DNA of 64,000 nt from Azolla caroliniana (taxonomy: Eukaryota > Plantae > Polypodiophyta): NCBI GenBank assembly GCA_043228905.1, contig JBHGNT010000005.1, positions 20,956,001 to 21,020,000 of the forward strand, read 5' to 3'. Below the pieces are notes generated by a model. That model was not told the origin of the DNA, searched no databases, and saw nothing but the letters and a program-made list of their open reading frames with translations. The position numbers were made by a program, and so were the translations under genes. Shown one piece after another: positions 12,114-27,000 of the stretch (its first letter is position 1; each line of letters starts with the position of its first letter).

Positions 12114-13744
12114 TTTACAATCATATTAAGCAAAATGAGATTAGCTCCATAAATGTAAATTAATGAGAATAAAATCTCAAAATTCAATGGTTTTTCGGGA
12201 TATTGTGATTAAGTCTCCAAAACTCGATGGAAAATCAGAATCTGCATGTACAGTATATAGGAAAACTGAATGCCTGGGAAAAAAATTAAATTTTGCAGGT
12301 ATAACCGGGGATTTGTATGTGTAGGATTGAGAAGAGTATTTATATTAGAGACGATAATCATGGTATCATGATTAATAATCTAGTTTTTCTAGTAATTAAT
12401 TACAGCAATTGGGTACTGAATGATAGGCACATATAAGTGTGAAATCATTAGCAACTCGTAAATTGAATGATAGTATGATCATAGTAATGACGAAATTACT
12501 TGGGATTATAATCATCAGGGAAGAATAATTACTCACTCATATCTGTAGATCCACATCAAATAATTCAATGTCGATTTCTGTGGATCTCTACATGGATTCT
12601 TAAATAGCCCACCATCCATTCAATGCAATAGAATTATCAAAACATTTAAATGGACCAACATATAGATGACATTATTGATTGGTACAAACTAATAGAAGTA
12701 TCAAAAACTCAATGACAAACAGCATATATATATATATATATATATTTATTTATAATGACAGTTTTAATTTGCCATATTCCTAATTCAATCAATATTGTCA
12801 GATTCAATCATATTGAGCTACTAATCATGAAGATTAATCGTTATGATTTGAGTTACTAATTTTTTTCCATTTGAAATCAAGAGTGACTAGAAATTAATAG
12901 TGATCTGCAGTAGTAAACAAATTAATTACCGTGTCAACTGAGGAATAGTGAGGATCTGTGTCGAAGGCGGGATACTCTAATTTGCCGGCGGTCAAATTAG
13001 ATAGTTCACGGCGGAATGATTCGAATTGCAATGATGAGATGAGATCATCTTCATTACTAGAATCGAAATTGCTGCTTGGCTTTCTCATCATGAAATTGTA
13101 TGTTGACTGTAATATAAGATTAATACACACACCAGAAAAGAATTATGTTTAATTAACTAAACAAATGTGGCCAATCATTTGATGAGATTAAGCAAGACGA
13201 TTAGATCTAGATGAATGAAATAAATAAAAAATGGGTTATTAGACATTAACAATCTAACAAGATAATCAATAAAACGCCATTTTAGAAACAAAAAAAGAGT
13301 ACTATTATTAAGAGAATTAATAGAGATGTTAAAAACAGAGTCCTTCCAAATTAATCAGCAAACCTTCTTTCTTCATACCTAAGAAATGCCCTAAAATTGA
13401 TCTCTGTACTAATGCCGGAAAATTGCAGCCATAATAACAGTAGCAGTAGCAGTAGCAGTAATCCAAGACAGAATTATTACAGAAATCAAAGTTTAAATTT
13501 TTTGCTTTTTTGAAGAAGAAGAGTGATTTCAGGAGAAGCTGATGACAATCGATCGATTAACTAACTCAGTCTTAGATTTAAAATCTCTCTCCTACTTTCT
13601 TTAATATAAAAGATAATTTGGAAGGGACAAGGAAAGGAAGGAACGTGGAGACATGGGTGGGGGTGGCCATGCACACACCAAACTATAATTTCATTAATCA
13701 ATCTATATATATATACATTATACATTATATATATATATATATAA

Positions 13745-14600
13745 ATGTACTGGGGTGTATTGGGGTGTATCTAATGGTATGTTATATATGTATGTATGTA
13801 TCTAATGGTATGCTATATATGTGTAATGAATGTATTGGGGTGTATTGGTATGTATCTAATGGTATGCTATATATGTATGTATAGATGGATGTATGTGTAA
13901 TGAATGTATTGGGGTGTATTGGTATGTATCTAATGGTATGTTATATATGTATGTATGTATGTGTAATGAATGTATTGGGGTGTATTGGTATGTATCTAAT
14001 GGTATGCTATATATGTATGTATAGATGGATGTATGTGTAATGAATGTATTGGGGTGTATTGGTATGTATCTAATGGTATGTTATATATGTATGTATAGAT
14101 GGATGGATGCATTGGTATATGGATGTAATGGATATATTGGGATGTATTGGTGTTTATAGATGGATGCATATTGGATGTATTGGGATGGGATGTAATGGAT
14201 ATATTATTTATTTCTTTGTTTTTAAGAAAAACAATTCCTTAAATCATTAGTATAAATAGTTTACAAGATTTCAAACTCTATGTGATCGGCGAAGGAAACA
14301 ACCATTTTGGAGGTTGGACGTGCGAGAGAGGAGTGCCATTCTTGGAGGTGATGATGTAATGGATATATTGGGATGTATTAGTATGTATAGATGGATGGAT
14401 GGATGGACTAGTATGGATGTAATGTATATATTGGTATGTATGTATAGATGGATGCCGATGGATGTAATGTATATATTGGTATGTATGTAATGGATGGATG
14501 TACTAGTATGGATGTAGTGTGTATATTGGTATGTATAGATGGATGGATTGGTATTGATTTAATGGATATATTGGGATGTATTGGTATCTATGAGAGAGGC
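13745..14600. repeat. GTAT/GGAT-rich minisatellite
   Basis: Repeated GTAATGAATGTATTGGGGTGTATTGGTATGTATCTAATGGTATG units that degenerate rightwards. Confidence 0.85.
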
Positions 14601-14885
14601 ATATACATAGATAGATATATTGCCAAATATCATTACCATCCGTATAATATCATAATTTGGAGGCACTCCTTGAGTTTTCGGAACCTATATAATCAATCAC
14701 TCCCCGAAAAAGGAAACCTGTACCAAACCTCTCATAAGATCACATTTACTACCAACACTTGGTGAACATTCGATTTGTTTTCCAAGTAGCTTCCACAACG
14801 CACTTTGCTTGTAAATTTTACCAAAACCCCTCAATTTTCCACCTAGTGCTCCAAAGCATATTCTATTCATTTCTTTTAAACACTT

Positions 14886-15041
14886 TGTCTAGCATTTCAA
14901 GTAAATACCTAAACTCTCCGTTTTCATCCAGATCCACGGAATACTTTATTTTTATGTACAAAGTCTAGCATTTCAAGTAAATACCTAAACTCTCCGTTTT
15001 CATCCAAATCCACGAAATACTTTATTTTTATGTACAAAGTA
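14886..15041. repeat. ~78-bp direct tandem duplication
   Basis: TCTAGCATTTCAAGTAAATACCTAAACTCTCCG...ATGTACAAAGT occurs twice head to tail. Confidence 0.85.
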
Positions 15042-18000
15042 TATTTCGCAGCATTGCCATTTTCAAGTAAGACAAGGTTTTTTGTCACTGAGATGTGGAA
15101 AAACTATAACTAGGTCAATGTTGCGGAAATGTTCGTCTAATGACCCAACGTGTTCATGTGTATTACCTTATTGTAGGCTAGTCCTACCCCACTGAACGAA
15201 GTTGCAAAGGACAAGTTTACACATGCATACTAGTCTAGATTGGCACATTAAACAAGGGTTTACCAAAAAAATCTTTTCAATTGATTTATTCTTTTAAACA
15301 ACCATCTTAGGACAAGTGTCCAATGAGGTGTCACAAACAACATCAAGTTTTTCGTAATATCCAACTCATAAGAATACTTGAATGGAGGGTCCATACAAAT
15401 TTATTAATTTTATTCTCTTAAAAATGATAACGTTTCGACAAGTGCTCCAACCTTAGGTGTCTCATGATTAGGCTCATTAAATCATCCAACCCACAAGAAT
15501 ATATTAAGGGAGGGTCCCAAGCTCATGAGGTCTTTATTTTTATCATGACAAGATAATCTTAGTGTGTGTTGGGGTTAACAATGTGCATGATCTCAAACTA
15601 AATTCTTTTGCTCTTTTATAATCAATGCAATATCAAACCCATTTCTAGAGCATCAACCTCTTGGCATAGGACTAAGCTTCATCAATTAAGAATATGATTG
15701 TGGCATGGATCCCAACTTTGTCAAAGTCCAAGAAGTAGAGGAACAATTGTTTTATGATACTAGTACATAATGGTGGCCACTTGTTTTGAAGTTGTTGAAT
15801 AAGAACATTAATGAAGGGAACAAACATGACATAAACATAATAAATACTTTGGTGATCATCCATAACATTATGGTATATTTTCTCATATTCATGGTCATAA
15901 AGTTCACAATTAGTGCGTTGGAACAACTTGGGCTATGAGTGAGGAGAGATATGAAGAATGACAAAGAAAATGAAATTGATTGATGGAGAGGAATTGCGTG
16001 TGAGAAACAAGTGTAGAGAGATCAAATAGCTAAATAGAATTCGAGAGATCGATAGACAAACTTAAATATTTAAGTACAATATAGGGTAGTGAAACCATAA
16101 CCCTAAATATTCACACCTTCAAGTACAACTTACATTCGTAGATGTCTTTAGCTCTTCTGGACACTCCCATTCCCCCTTCCAATTGGTGTGAGAATCTACA
16201 TACCTCTTCAAAGACCCTCTATATGTAATTCACATGCTGCCACATATATTACTACCATACAAAACACCCATGTCAAACCTCCCTATTTTGTGTCTATCGG
16301 CCATCCAGTACAAGGGTTCAATGCGGATACATCGGACACATTCATATCCAACGTTTCTACCAAACATTCGAAATTTGAACCTTTGACCTTATAGAACTAA
16401 ACCCATCTTCAAGTCCAACATTTGTTTTATAATTAAAATTTCTATTCCTTCGCGACACACTATATTATTTCATGAATGAAAACGGAATTCCAAATTTCTA
16501 CTTCGGACTTTTAGTTATGATAACAAATTCTACTTACACAAAGACTTGTAATCACTTGCGTGAACTATTGTGCAAATGATCACATACATTAGAGGTCAAT
16601 TCGTGCATAAGCTATAAATAACACTAGGCATCTCAATTTTGAAAAAAAAAAAGTATTGTGTATATGCATTATGGGACTGCATTTTTTAGGTGTAGGGTTA
16701 TAAGGCTCATTTAAGAAATGGTATCATCAATTTCCCATTCAACATGGACCATTTGTAATCTGTAAATCTCACCTCAGATATATATAAGGTAGATGACTCC
16801 CCTAATTACTTTTGAGATGAAATAAAAATTTGATTTCAAATCTCTAATTGCCACCTTGCTTAGCAACTAATAAGAAAATATATCAAATCTGACCTTCACC
16901 AACTAGAATAACAAAGACCTTTCCACACACCTGCATCTATATGGTTGCAAAGATATGGAATTCTACACTCCCATCAAAGGAAATTGCACAATGTCCTTAC
17001 ACTAACTCTAAGCAAAGTCACCTTCACAAAATGGAATGTACTCTGCACTGTACTCAATAGTTTCTTTAATCTATCTAATAAGCTGACCAGGTTTTCTTAA
17101 GAGGCAATGCAGTTTGTTTTCAGTGCAACCTACCCAGTCTTTTCTGCTTTATGTCTCAATTATTGTCAACGTCATATTGCAGAGGAGGTGATTGATCTAA
17201 TAACCAGCACTCCCCCTCATAAGAGAAAATTTCAAATTCAAGTGCAGTTTCAAGACGCCATATCTTTTATATGCATGCAAAGCACTCGCGTAACAAATTG
17301 ACAATAATCACTGTTACAAACTCCTAGTTATAGAGGAGACAGGCGGTGATAATAAAGTTTGCAAGTCTTCATCCCATTCACATTTATCTAACTCATCAAT
17401 CATCAAATCTCACATGTCATCAAAGTTTGCGAGAGTCTTCATACTCGAACAGTTTTTGACAAAATTTAAATGGTGCCAAGATGTGTATATATATAATGCA
17501 CAGTGCACCCATACATTAATCACAGGAAGGACTAATCTGTTTGGGTTTTTTATAAATTTCCAACCAAAGGAAACATTCCAGTAAAGACATTTATGATCGT
17601 GATGCTTAGACACTAGCGGAAGACGGGAGGTCAACATCAACATGTCAACCAGGTCAATCGTAACTCTAAATCAAGCAGTCTACAAAGTAAATAGAAATAA
17701 CATGATAAGAGACCTAGATCAGTAATTTGGAAGGAAGAGTATTGAATTGGTCACTATATAATTCCCACGTTAGTTTTTCAAAATTTAAGCAAAATATTTA
17801 TGCATCACCTTTTGCTTGCTTGCACAATATCCATCAACGTTAAATGCTGAAAATTCCACTGGTACAACATAACCCAGCATATCCTCATGGTGTTTCCTAC
17901 CCTAAACCTCATGAACTCCCAATAGAAGTCGTATTTTCGATCGCTTGCTCAGAAGTGGACAATCGATCACTTCTACAGTTCCCCACTTCTTGAACGATGA

Positions 18001-18080
18001 GAAGTTTTCCTCTCATTGTACCAAGAAGTTAATTTTACGAATCCTCTGGCATGACAACTGGGGATCATGGTGAGGACATC

Positions 18081-21000
18081 CTAATGAAGAGCTACAGTGC
18101 TGAAAGGATTCTTCCGTGGTGATCGCTTGCTGTTACTAAACTTCGATGGTTTACTACCAGTCTGAAAAATCAGAAAAAATGTGTCATATAGTTGTTTTTT
18201 TGAAAAATTATATCAACGTTAGCTCATATCCTATGTATGGAAGCTATCTATAATGCTAATAAGCATTTACAAAGCAAGAGGCTAAAGACACCAAGAGCTG
18301 AAGCCAATCAAACAAAATATTGGCAGTTTAAAGGAACACATTGGCCTTGGGGCTTAAAGGTATTTGGTGTGCACATACAAAACATAATAGGTAATAAATT
18401 TGAAATAAGGTTCTGATGTAGTTCACACTACATCTGGGATGAGTTTTTACGATGCCTTCGGGTTTTCCAATGTACCAGTAAGTAATGTCTACTTACAATT
18501 CTTTCTAATGCTAACCTTTTGAAACAATTTGATGGACCAATTTTGATAAAAAATAACTTCACAAGGTGCCAAAAAATTAGTGGGCTTACCAGTTTCCCTT
18601 TTCTCTTATTCCGGCCACGAAACCTGTTCTTAGGTTCCTTCAACTTGTAGATGCGCACCATCCAATGATGAGTCGTAAAAACCTAGAAATGATAAATGAT
18701 TCAAAAATGATTATCACTTCAAAATTTAACCATCTTTCAAGTGCAAGTGCAATGATAGCAGGGGTAAACCTCTTCGAAGTGTGTCAATTTGAAGTTTTTC
18801 TTCCCAATCTCAGTCCTCCTCACTCGATCAAAACCTTTTCCATCCATCGATGATTCAGCAAACCTAAAACACGAGGATAGAGCTCATCCATCATCATATT
18901 TTTAGGCCTTTGAAAGAATAGCATGATATAAGAAAAATTTGTACCTATAATACGACAGTTTGTACATAAGGCAGTTGAGCATGGTTGGTGTGGCTTGTGC
19001 ATCAATTCTGTATTGACCATCTCTCTGCAGAAGAGGATTTTTTTTTTAAGATTTGAAAGATGATAACAGATAAAAGAAGTTGAAAAGATTACCAGATAAT
19101 CAGGTTCCTTTATATGGGGAAACACACCACCTCCAATGCGGACCATCCAAAGAAATTTATTAATGTCATCACTTGGATAGCCAACTAGTCCTGGATTATA
19201 AAACTGCCAGTTATTTACGTGATCTAATGAGATCAATGAATTTGACGTTCAGAAAACTTAATACACATCCACATACCTCCAAATACTACAAAAACATATT
19301 TCACATCCAGAGACTGAAATATTTCCCACGCTTGTTTTTCTGGAGAAGACATCGCTGTTCCAACTGTGGCAATATGTGTGTTATTCCAAGTGTTGTTATC
19401 CACAATAACGGTTCTGTTTGCCATAGCTGTAGTCTGATATCCATAATCCCACCATGATGCCACCTGTATCGCCAAAAAAATTATGTTCAGGTACAAAATA
19501 TGAGTAATCTTCTAATCAATTCAGGTAGAGAAATCTGCAGAGAATCTTCTTTGAAAACTTTGAGCAAATTATTGGGTTAATCAAAACAGGAAAGGGAGAG
19601 CAAATGTGCAAAGAAGAAAAACAATTTCTGTCTCAACTCAATATGTAATGGGACCATGATGAAAACTAGGGAAAGGAAAGGAAAGCAACACATGCAGAAA
19701 ACTGAAAAGAGAAGTTCTCTGAATGATAAAACGAACAAAAGAATACTTTTTCATCATATTATAGACAGAAGACGAACTAATTGTGTACTGAGAATGTCAG
19801 TAATTTTCAATTCATGATCCATGAGCTAAAAAGGATGCTTTTCGAATCTACCCTGTAACTTTTAACTTCATCTTTTAATCTAAAAGATATACATATTTAA
19901 ATTAATTTGCATCTGATTTGAGGAGTAAACCTTGTCATCTTCCTCAGTATTATGGCGCAGCCATGCATATGCCTCTCTGAAATCATCGAACACATGCAGA
20001 CCTTCTGCTGTATGAGAAGTCAATACAATGGATGGAGCTGAATAAGCCTCTGCGGCTGCCCATACACAATGAATCTATAAAAAAATAAAGGCAATTTACA
20101 AAAGATTCCTTTCACGAGCAGAAAAGGATATCTTAAAGAAGTTGGCAACCTCATTTACATTCAGATGATTAAGAGACAGTTTATTGAATTTAAGGTCTAC
20201 TACATACATACCACATACATACTCCCAAGGATAATTAGCAATAGAATACCAAGGGCTGATGCATCATAAGGCAGCCCTAAAAGTCTCTTCTTTTTCTCAG
20301 TTTCCGTATTCTTCTCTGATACATCTTTCTCTTTCTTTTTGGTACGTTTCGATGCCCTTTCCCTCACCTTCTCCTTCCCTTTTTCAGTTATCACTTCATT
20401 TGATTTTTCCTTTGATCCATTTGCTGCATTGTGATCTATAGATTCAGTGGACTGGAGCTCTGCTACCTCGGTATGCGCAGATTCCTTTTTATACATAGTC
20501 CAATATCAATAAATTTGCTTTCTTCAATAGCATAGATTGATGGTATAATCTGAAAACCCACCAGAGATTTAGAAGCAATTGCATCAGAACCATGATACTT
20601 GATAGAACGAGTCAATGTGGTGAATGCTTCTGATAATGCAATCCCAGACAAGATGCAGGCAGCTGGAGCAAGCACTAGCATGAGTCGAACCTAAAAATAA
20701 TGAAACAATATTGGATATTTAAGAAACAAAACTATTTTTTTTTTTAATTGAAAAGAAAGTAGAGAAAAAAAAAGAATCTTACCATAACACCTGAGAAATA
20801 TGCTGCTGTAACAAGATACAGAACCACAAACGAGCTTGAATCGGACAATGGAAGAAAGCAAGCCTGTGTCATCCAGAATGCCAGCAATGAGTAGATGACA
20901 TTCAGTGAAGCAAAAAAATGGATAAAATTGATCATACTTACAATGATTCCAGCTGGCACAAGGAAAGCTAGAACATTGATGTCCATGAAATATGATGGCC

Positions 21001-24000
21001 AGGTTGGTGGCTGATGTTCACTAACACTTGCTATTATAGGTATGTACTTGCTAGCATAGGTTCTACACATCCGTTAAGAAAAGCACGGAAGTAAGTACCC
21101 GCCTATTTATTTGTAACGCATGATAAGAGATTTACCACAAGGCACTTACGGATCAAGCAAACTCAAGCTTCTCCCACTCCAGCCTTTTGTTGGACTTGCA
21201 GAGACTAATGTGACTAGAATTACAGCAAGTGTCAATGCACCTGCACTGGAGAAGAACAACTTGCTCAAATAAAACCCATAGTAAATAAAAGCCCACAAAA
21301 CATCTCGTACATCTAAATCTTTATTCCCGCTTCTACATATATTTTCTTAAATGAAATTCCTGTCATATCTTCTGTGTTATCATCAGACTTTACCAAGATG
21401 AAGGCAGACGCTTGAACACATTTAAGGAAAGAACTGTAGGAAATGGTTGGATCTTGACGAAATTTCCTTATAAGAGTTGGGGTTAAAAATGCCTAACCAA
21501 GATGTAGACAAGCCAGATGTAATCTATAAGTGAGAGGGGTTGACTGTTGCATACTACCATACCACCCCTGAAGTGTAATCTGTAAGATGGTGGTATTGCA
21601 TGCAATGCTTAAAAGAATTTTAAATATCATGTCAGTACAGTGCTGAGTAAAGATGCTTACATGCCAACCACCACCACAAATGTAATTGCGACTCTGAACA
21701 TCTTTGGCGTAAGGAGACGCTTCACAAAATAAGCTACAGCAACGACATGCAATATGACTAATACCTGTAAAATAAAAACAGAGCAAACGGTGTGAATACA
21801 AATCCAACAGAATTAGAAGATAATAAGAAACGATGGTCCAAACTATGCAAAACATGAAACGAAAGGTCACATAATCCTCAAGACTGCAAACCATGGCATC
21901 ACAGACACTTTTGCTCTAAAGCATTAAATTCTGTACACGTCAGCTGATGTATATACATTCTTTTGAAAATCTATATGCCAGATGCATTTGGCACCAGCTA
22001 AATGGATAACTATAGATTGGTTGGCTAACATTGATCAGTTAAGTTACTAGCCTTCTCAAATTATGTTTTCCTTTGTCTTCTTTTACTCTGAACACGTTTA
22101 TATCAGATCCTAGCATATGATCAAATGCACAGGAAAGATTGCTGACATCAGTGTGTTAATTAGCTGAGGTGGTGAAACTTGACAGAAGAGAATCCTAAAA
22201 CTAGAGAAGGCTGGAGGAGGTGGGGAATCGAAGGGAACTGCAGGCTGCAAAGAAAGATAAGAGGCCAGAGTGGGCCAGGGGGTGCACCATACTTAGGTTT
22301 GTGTTTTTTCATACTATGACCAAGAATGAACCATATGGTATGGGAACATCCTACCAACTTTAAACCTCAAAGGCACAAGACCTATATTCTGAAAAGCAAT
22401 AACCAAACATTTAGTCCACTCTAAGTTGGGGTAGAAAATATCATCTCATGCTGGGTCAATAAGACATGAGTCTGCTCCCTTGGGTATCATATAATTATTT
22501 TTCACCTTTTCCATTCAACAATTAGTTCACAACAGTTTTGCTAAAGCTCGCCTAAGCTAATTGCAGAAATTGAGAAAAAGAAACAAAGTGTTTGAGTTCC
22601 TTAGTTGATGGATTATAGAAGATCATCTTAGCGAATTGAGATTTTTCTAGATAGTTGGAAACAATTTCGAATTTATTCTACAAGAAAATTTTCAGATTTT
22701 CAAAAGTAAAAAATATGGCTCATGTTTCATGCTTGGCCCCAATATAGTTGTGTATGTAAAAAAATGGTCTGCTCCTGAAGTTTCTTCTAACCTTAGCTAT
22801 TATAATACTTAGGGACCTTTTGATGCCTTTATTTTATATCAATATTTCACTTTCAACTTGCATTGATATGAGTTTTTGTGCCCCTATTATTCAAGAACCA
22901 CATAATCTGGTGATATAAAACTCTAATCTTTCCAAATTCATAATAAAGCTTATTCAGTACCATCTTTAGCAGTCTCTACATCTTTCCTTATTTCACTTTC
23001 ATTTTAAGTAAGTACTTCACAGAAATCAAATCCTTATAGATTTAACACAAAAAAATAATGATCTTGATAGTCAAAGACCCAACCAGAAAGGAAGCAAAGT
23101 GCTCAGACGTCATCACGGCATTGAAGCCTACGACAGGAACAAGTGCTGCCAGAAGAGTCCCCAGAATAACCTACGAAACCAAATATCCCTGAATTCAGGT
23201 GAAACTCTGTGCAATCAAAATAATATGTTCAAACACTCAAAGAAAGCAGCATGCATTACCAAGGGGGCATAGGCAATGTACAAGTTTGCTGAGTATCTTC
23301 CAGTGACAATGCATAATAGAGCATGCATTGGAATAAGATTGATTATGAATGTATAGCCTCCCCAAGAGCAGACCTAGCAATAGAAGGAGCTGAATTATTT
23401 TAGAAGAACTCAACAGAAAGCATTGTTATAAAAATAAAGAATTAGCAGATAAAGTAATATCTGGTTTCTTACCATATAGAAGTAAGCAAGAGCATTTAAA
23501 GTGGCATAGAAAAGGGAACCTGTATTGAGTGTCTGTTTAAAACGAAACGAAATGGTGAGTTTCGCCTTTAAATAGATGGATCAAATATCAAATGCAGAGA
23601 GAAACTTCATAGCCACCTTGATATAAAGGTAAAATGTAATAATTAAAGCAAAGATTGCCACTGCTTCATTATCATAAGAACCTGCTACTGACCGTGACAT
23701 GTATGAAGGAACCTGAAAGAATCAAATTATAAGAAAACCATATGAATTATACTTGGATTTGAACCTGGCCACTTAAGATGCTTTATTTACAAAAACAGGG
23801 TGCTTAGTGTTAAGCACAGGAAAACCCACCATGGCAATCAATGCTGCCGCAGCAAGTCCTGCCCCAGTACCTTTGACTTCCTGTGAAATAGATGCAAGTT
23901 GATGCTTCAGACTTCAATTCAGTATATCAAGTTACAGTTTGTGGCTACAAAATTCATTAGCAATTAAAGATCATGAATCTCATGAAAAATTCCAGTTTTG

Positions 24001-27000
24001 ATGAGGAGACAAGAAGTAATTCCAATTAATAATATGATGTATTACTTTCTTGAATTCAAGACCGCATCAGTTAAGACACTAACTCACACAGTTCAAGCAA
24101 CAATAAACTGCAAAACCTCCAGCCTATATATATATATAACTGTAAATCGCAAATTTTGTAGAATATGCATTGCAAAATTGCTCAAACATATCCATGTTTA
24201 CAATCATTTGTAATACTATTATGCCTCTTAAGCTCATTTCTTATCCTCAAATTTGATACTGTTCAATTCTGAGTTATAACTTTCTTGTGAACTTTATAAC
24301 ATGAAAAGAGACTTTGCCTGGATCTTTGCTCTAAATGTGTTTGCTCAAACAATGATGCTTGCATAAAAAAAATCCTCCCAAAGAAAGAACTTGCTGATTA
24401 TAAAATAAAAGAATGAGTACCGGAAAATCAAATCTTCTTCACTCTAATTTCACAGTAGTTTTGCAATAAGATCAGATTTGACAGATATCGGAGTACCTTA
24501 AACATAGATAGAAACTAAATCCCCTATCATAAAACTTAAACCACAAAATTTACATATTCAGACCTGAGCTTGAACGAAATGTAAACAGCAGTATTCAGTT
24601 GTTGAAAACAAAAAGAAACAAAAATATTTGCTAATAACAGACTTGAGCAAAACTAAAATGCAACTATTATCTGTATTTTATGACTCATAAATAGCAGTAT
24701 AAAAATGTACTCATTTTGCAATACTCTTGCAAAATCTCACTATCTCAGAACAAGAAAAAACTGGTAAAAATATTGTGAGCCATTTTTTAAAGAAAATACG
24801 ACCACTTGCCGAAATGGCAATCCATTTCATAAAATCATAAAACAAAATAATTCAATAAGCAGCATCTACCCTTGTGAGAAGGAAAGTTGCCCATGATGCA
24901 TTAGCAGAGAAAACTGGAGCTGTAAAGACACATACAGTCTCCACTGACAAAGGGATATTCAAGGAATTCACAAACCTGCAATAGTAGGCAAAACACATGA
25001 ACCACATGGTTTTCTGTCATTAATAAAAATCCAATAAGAAGCTTACCACCACATGAATCCTGCAGTTAGTGTCAGGCCCGGATAAACCGTTCCCCCAATG
25101 ACCCGACCAAGAGGATACCTGCCAATACTCATTTTCAGTTGTTTCCTAAACAAATTAACAGGGGCAAAAGCAACTTATGATAGTCTTAATTAATTACCAG
25201 GTGCGATCATCAAACCAATTCCAAAAGTCGTAGATCCCTTGTTTGGAGAGATACTGTAAAGAGAAGATGTCATAGAGCACCTATCAGTATTTTTTATTTT
25301 TTTCACAAGTTGTGTGAATTACTTTCCATATAGCAGCCAATATTTCCGGATTTTACAAAGCATCAACGTGTCCCAAGAATATATACTACCGCACTTCACA
25401 ATGTTACAAAAACCATTATAATTAATCAATCTGCATTGCCTCACTCTTCAATAGACATACATCCTTATCTACCCCACAGACGAACTCCTTTTGAATTGTG
25501 GGCACATTGAGATCAAACAAACACCAGATCCACCAGTGGGCATTTATTGGGTGGAAGCCAATAAACAGGGGAAATGGAGTGAATGCAAGCGAGAAAATAA
25601 AGAAAAGTTAAAATGTAGCACTCGAGAAAGGAGAAAGCAACCATTTGTGAACAGCAGCTGCGGAGCATGGCAGGTAGAACATTATATAGGAAGCCAAACT
25701 GAGGACGCAGAGCTGACAACTCCATGGAGGATTATGATGTATGGAACACTCCACTTTACAATCAGGTATCCATTCCAATCAAGGATCTACTTTATTCCCT
25801 CAGTAACCATTCGGTTAAGTGTGTGCCCACTTAAGTGCGTCATTCTATTAAGTGCACTTTTTTTATAGAGGTCAAAATCCAGATCAAAAATTTACATTGT
25901 TCATGATGAAATTGCATCAAACCAAATAAAAACTATGTTCCAAACATTCACAAAACAATAAAGAAAAGGAGTTTCTGGAAAAATAAAATTAAAAGAATTT
26001 GCACAACGGTGGGGGGGGGGGAGGTCTGCTGAAAAAGCATAGAGAAATGCAGGGGAAAAAAGAACGCAAATTCGGAATCGGTCTCTCCAGTCGCAGCGTA
26101 TGTGTGTATGTCTGTGTGCGTGTTATGTGTTGTATGTGTGTGTGTGTGTGTGTCTATGAGTCAGTGATTTTGATTCTCAATTAAAGAAAAAACTTTCCTA
26201 CTTAATCCTATTATCATTTCCTTTTCTAGATTCATACATTCTGCCTTCTTCAATTCATTCATTCTTAATTTTCTCTTTCTTTCTTTCTCTACCTCCCTCC
26301 CTCTCTTTCTGTGCATCTCGTTTATTCTCTTTCTGTTGCAGCCTACGCTTTCTCTGTCGCTCGTTCTCTTTTCCTGTCTCTTCCATCTGTACTACAATTC
26401 CTCAAACCTGCCACCACTAGGAAGAGAACGCAAGGAAAAATCTCATTGCACCCAAGGAAGTTCATTAGGTAGGCCTAGCAGAAAAGCAAAAACTGAAGGT
26501 AATATGGAATCAGGAAAGAAACGATATTCAAGACGAGTATGCTGAAACCAGAAACATTTCAGGTCAATTATATCGCATAAATTGATCACATTTCTTAACA
26601 AGAAACATATGATTAGAGCACAAAAGGAAAAGAATTCAGGAAACCCTAAAAAATTTCAGAAAACCCTAAAGTTTAGTTTTGGTCTTAGTTTTGGTTATCA
26701 GTCTAGTTTTGGTGGTCTTAAAGTAGTTTTCCCCTCTGTATCATCTGCTATCTACACCTATTACTTGTGGGGAAGCATGTTACCCTAGTCCTTCTGGTTG
26801 ATTGTCATTCTCCTCTGGTCAGTCTAATTTTGGTGGTCTTAAAGTAGTTTTTCGATAATAAATTTGGATATTGATGCATAAGAAGAAACAGGATAACAAG
26901 AAAAATGAAGCTTTGGCAGTCATCTGAAAGAAGAAACGAAAGATAAGAGATCATCTACTCTAGATGTCTCCTCTCTTTCCACATATTGGATACTCGGCTC

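Noticed and set aside
13618-16000. Short ORFs in the minisatellite and AT-rich intergenic DNA
   Set aside because: Low-complexity translations without domain signatures.
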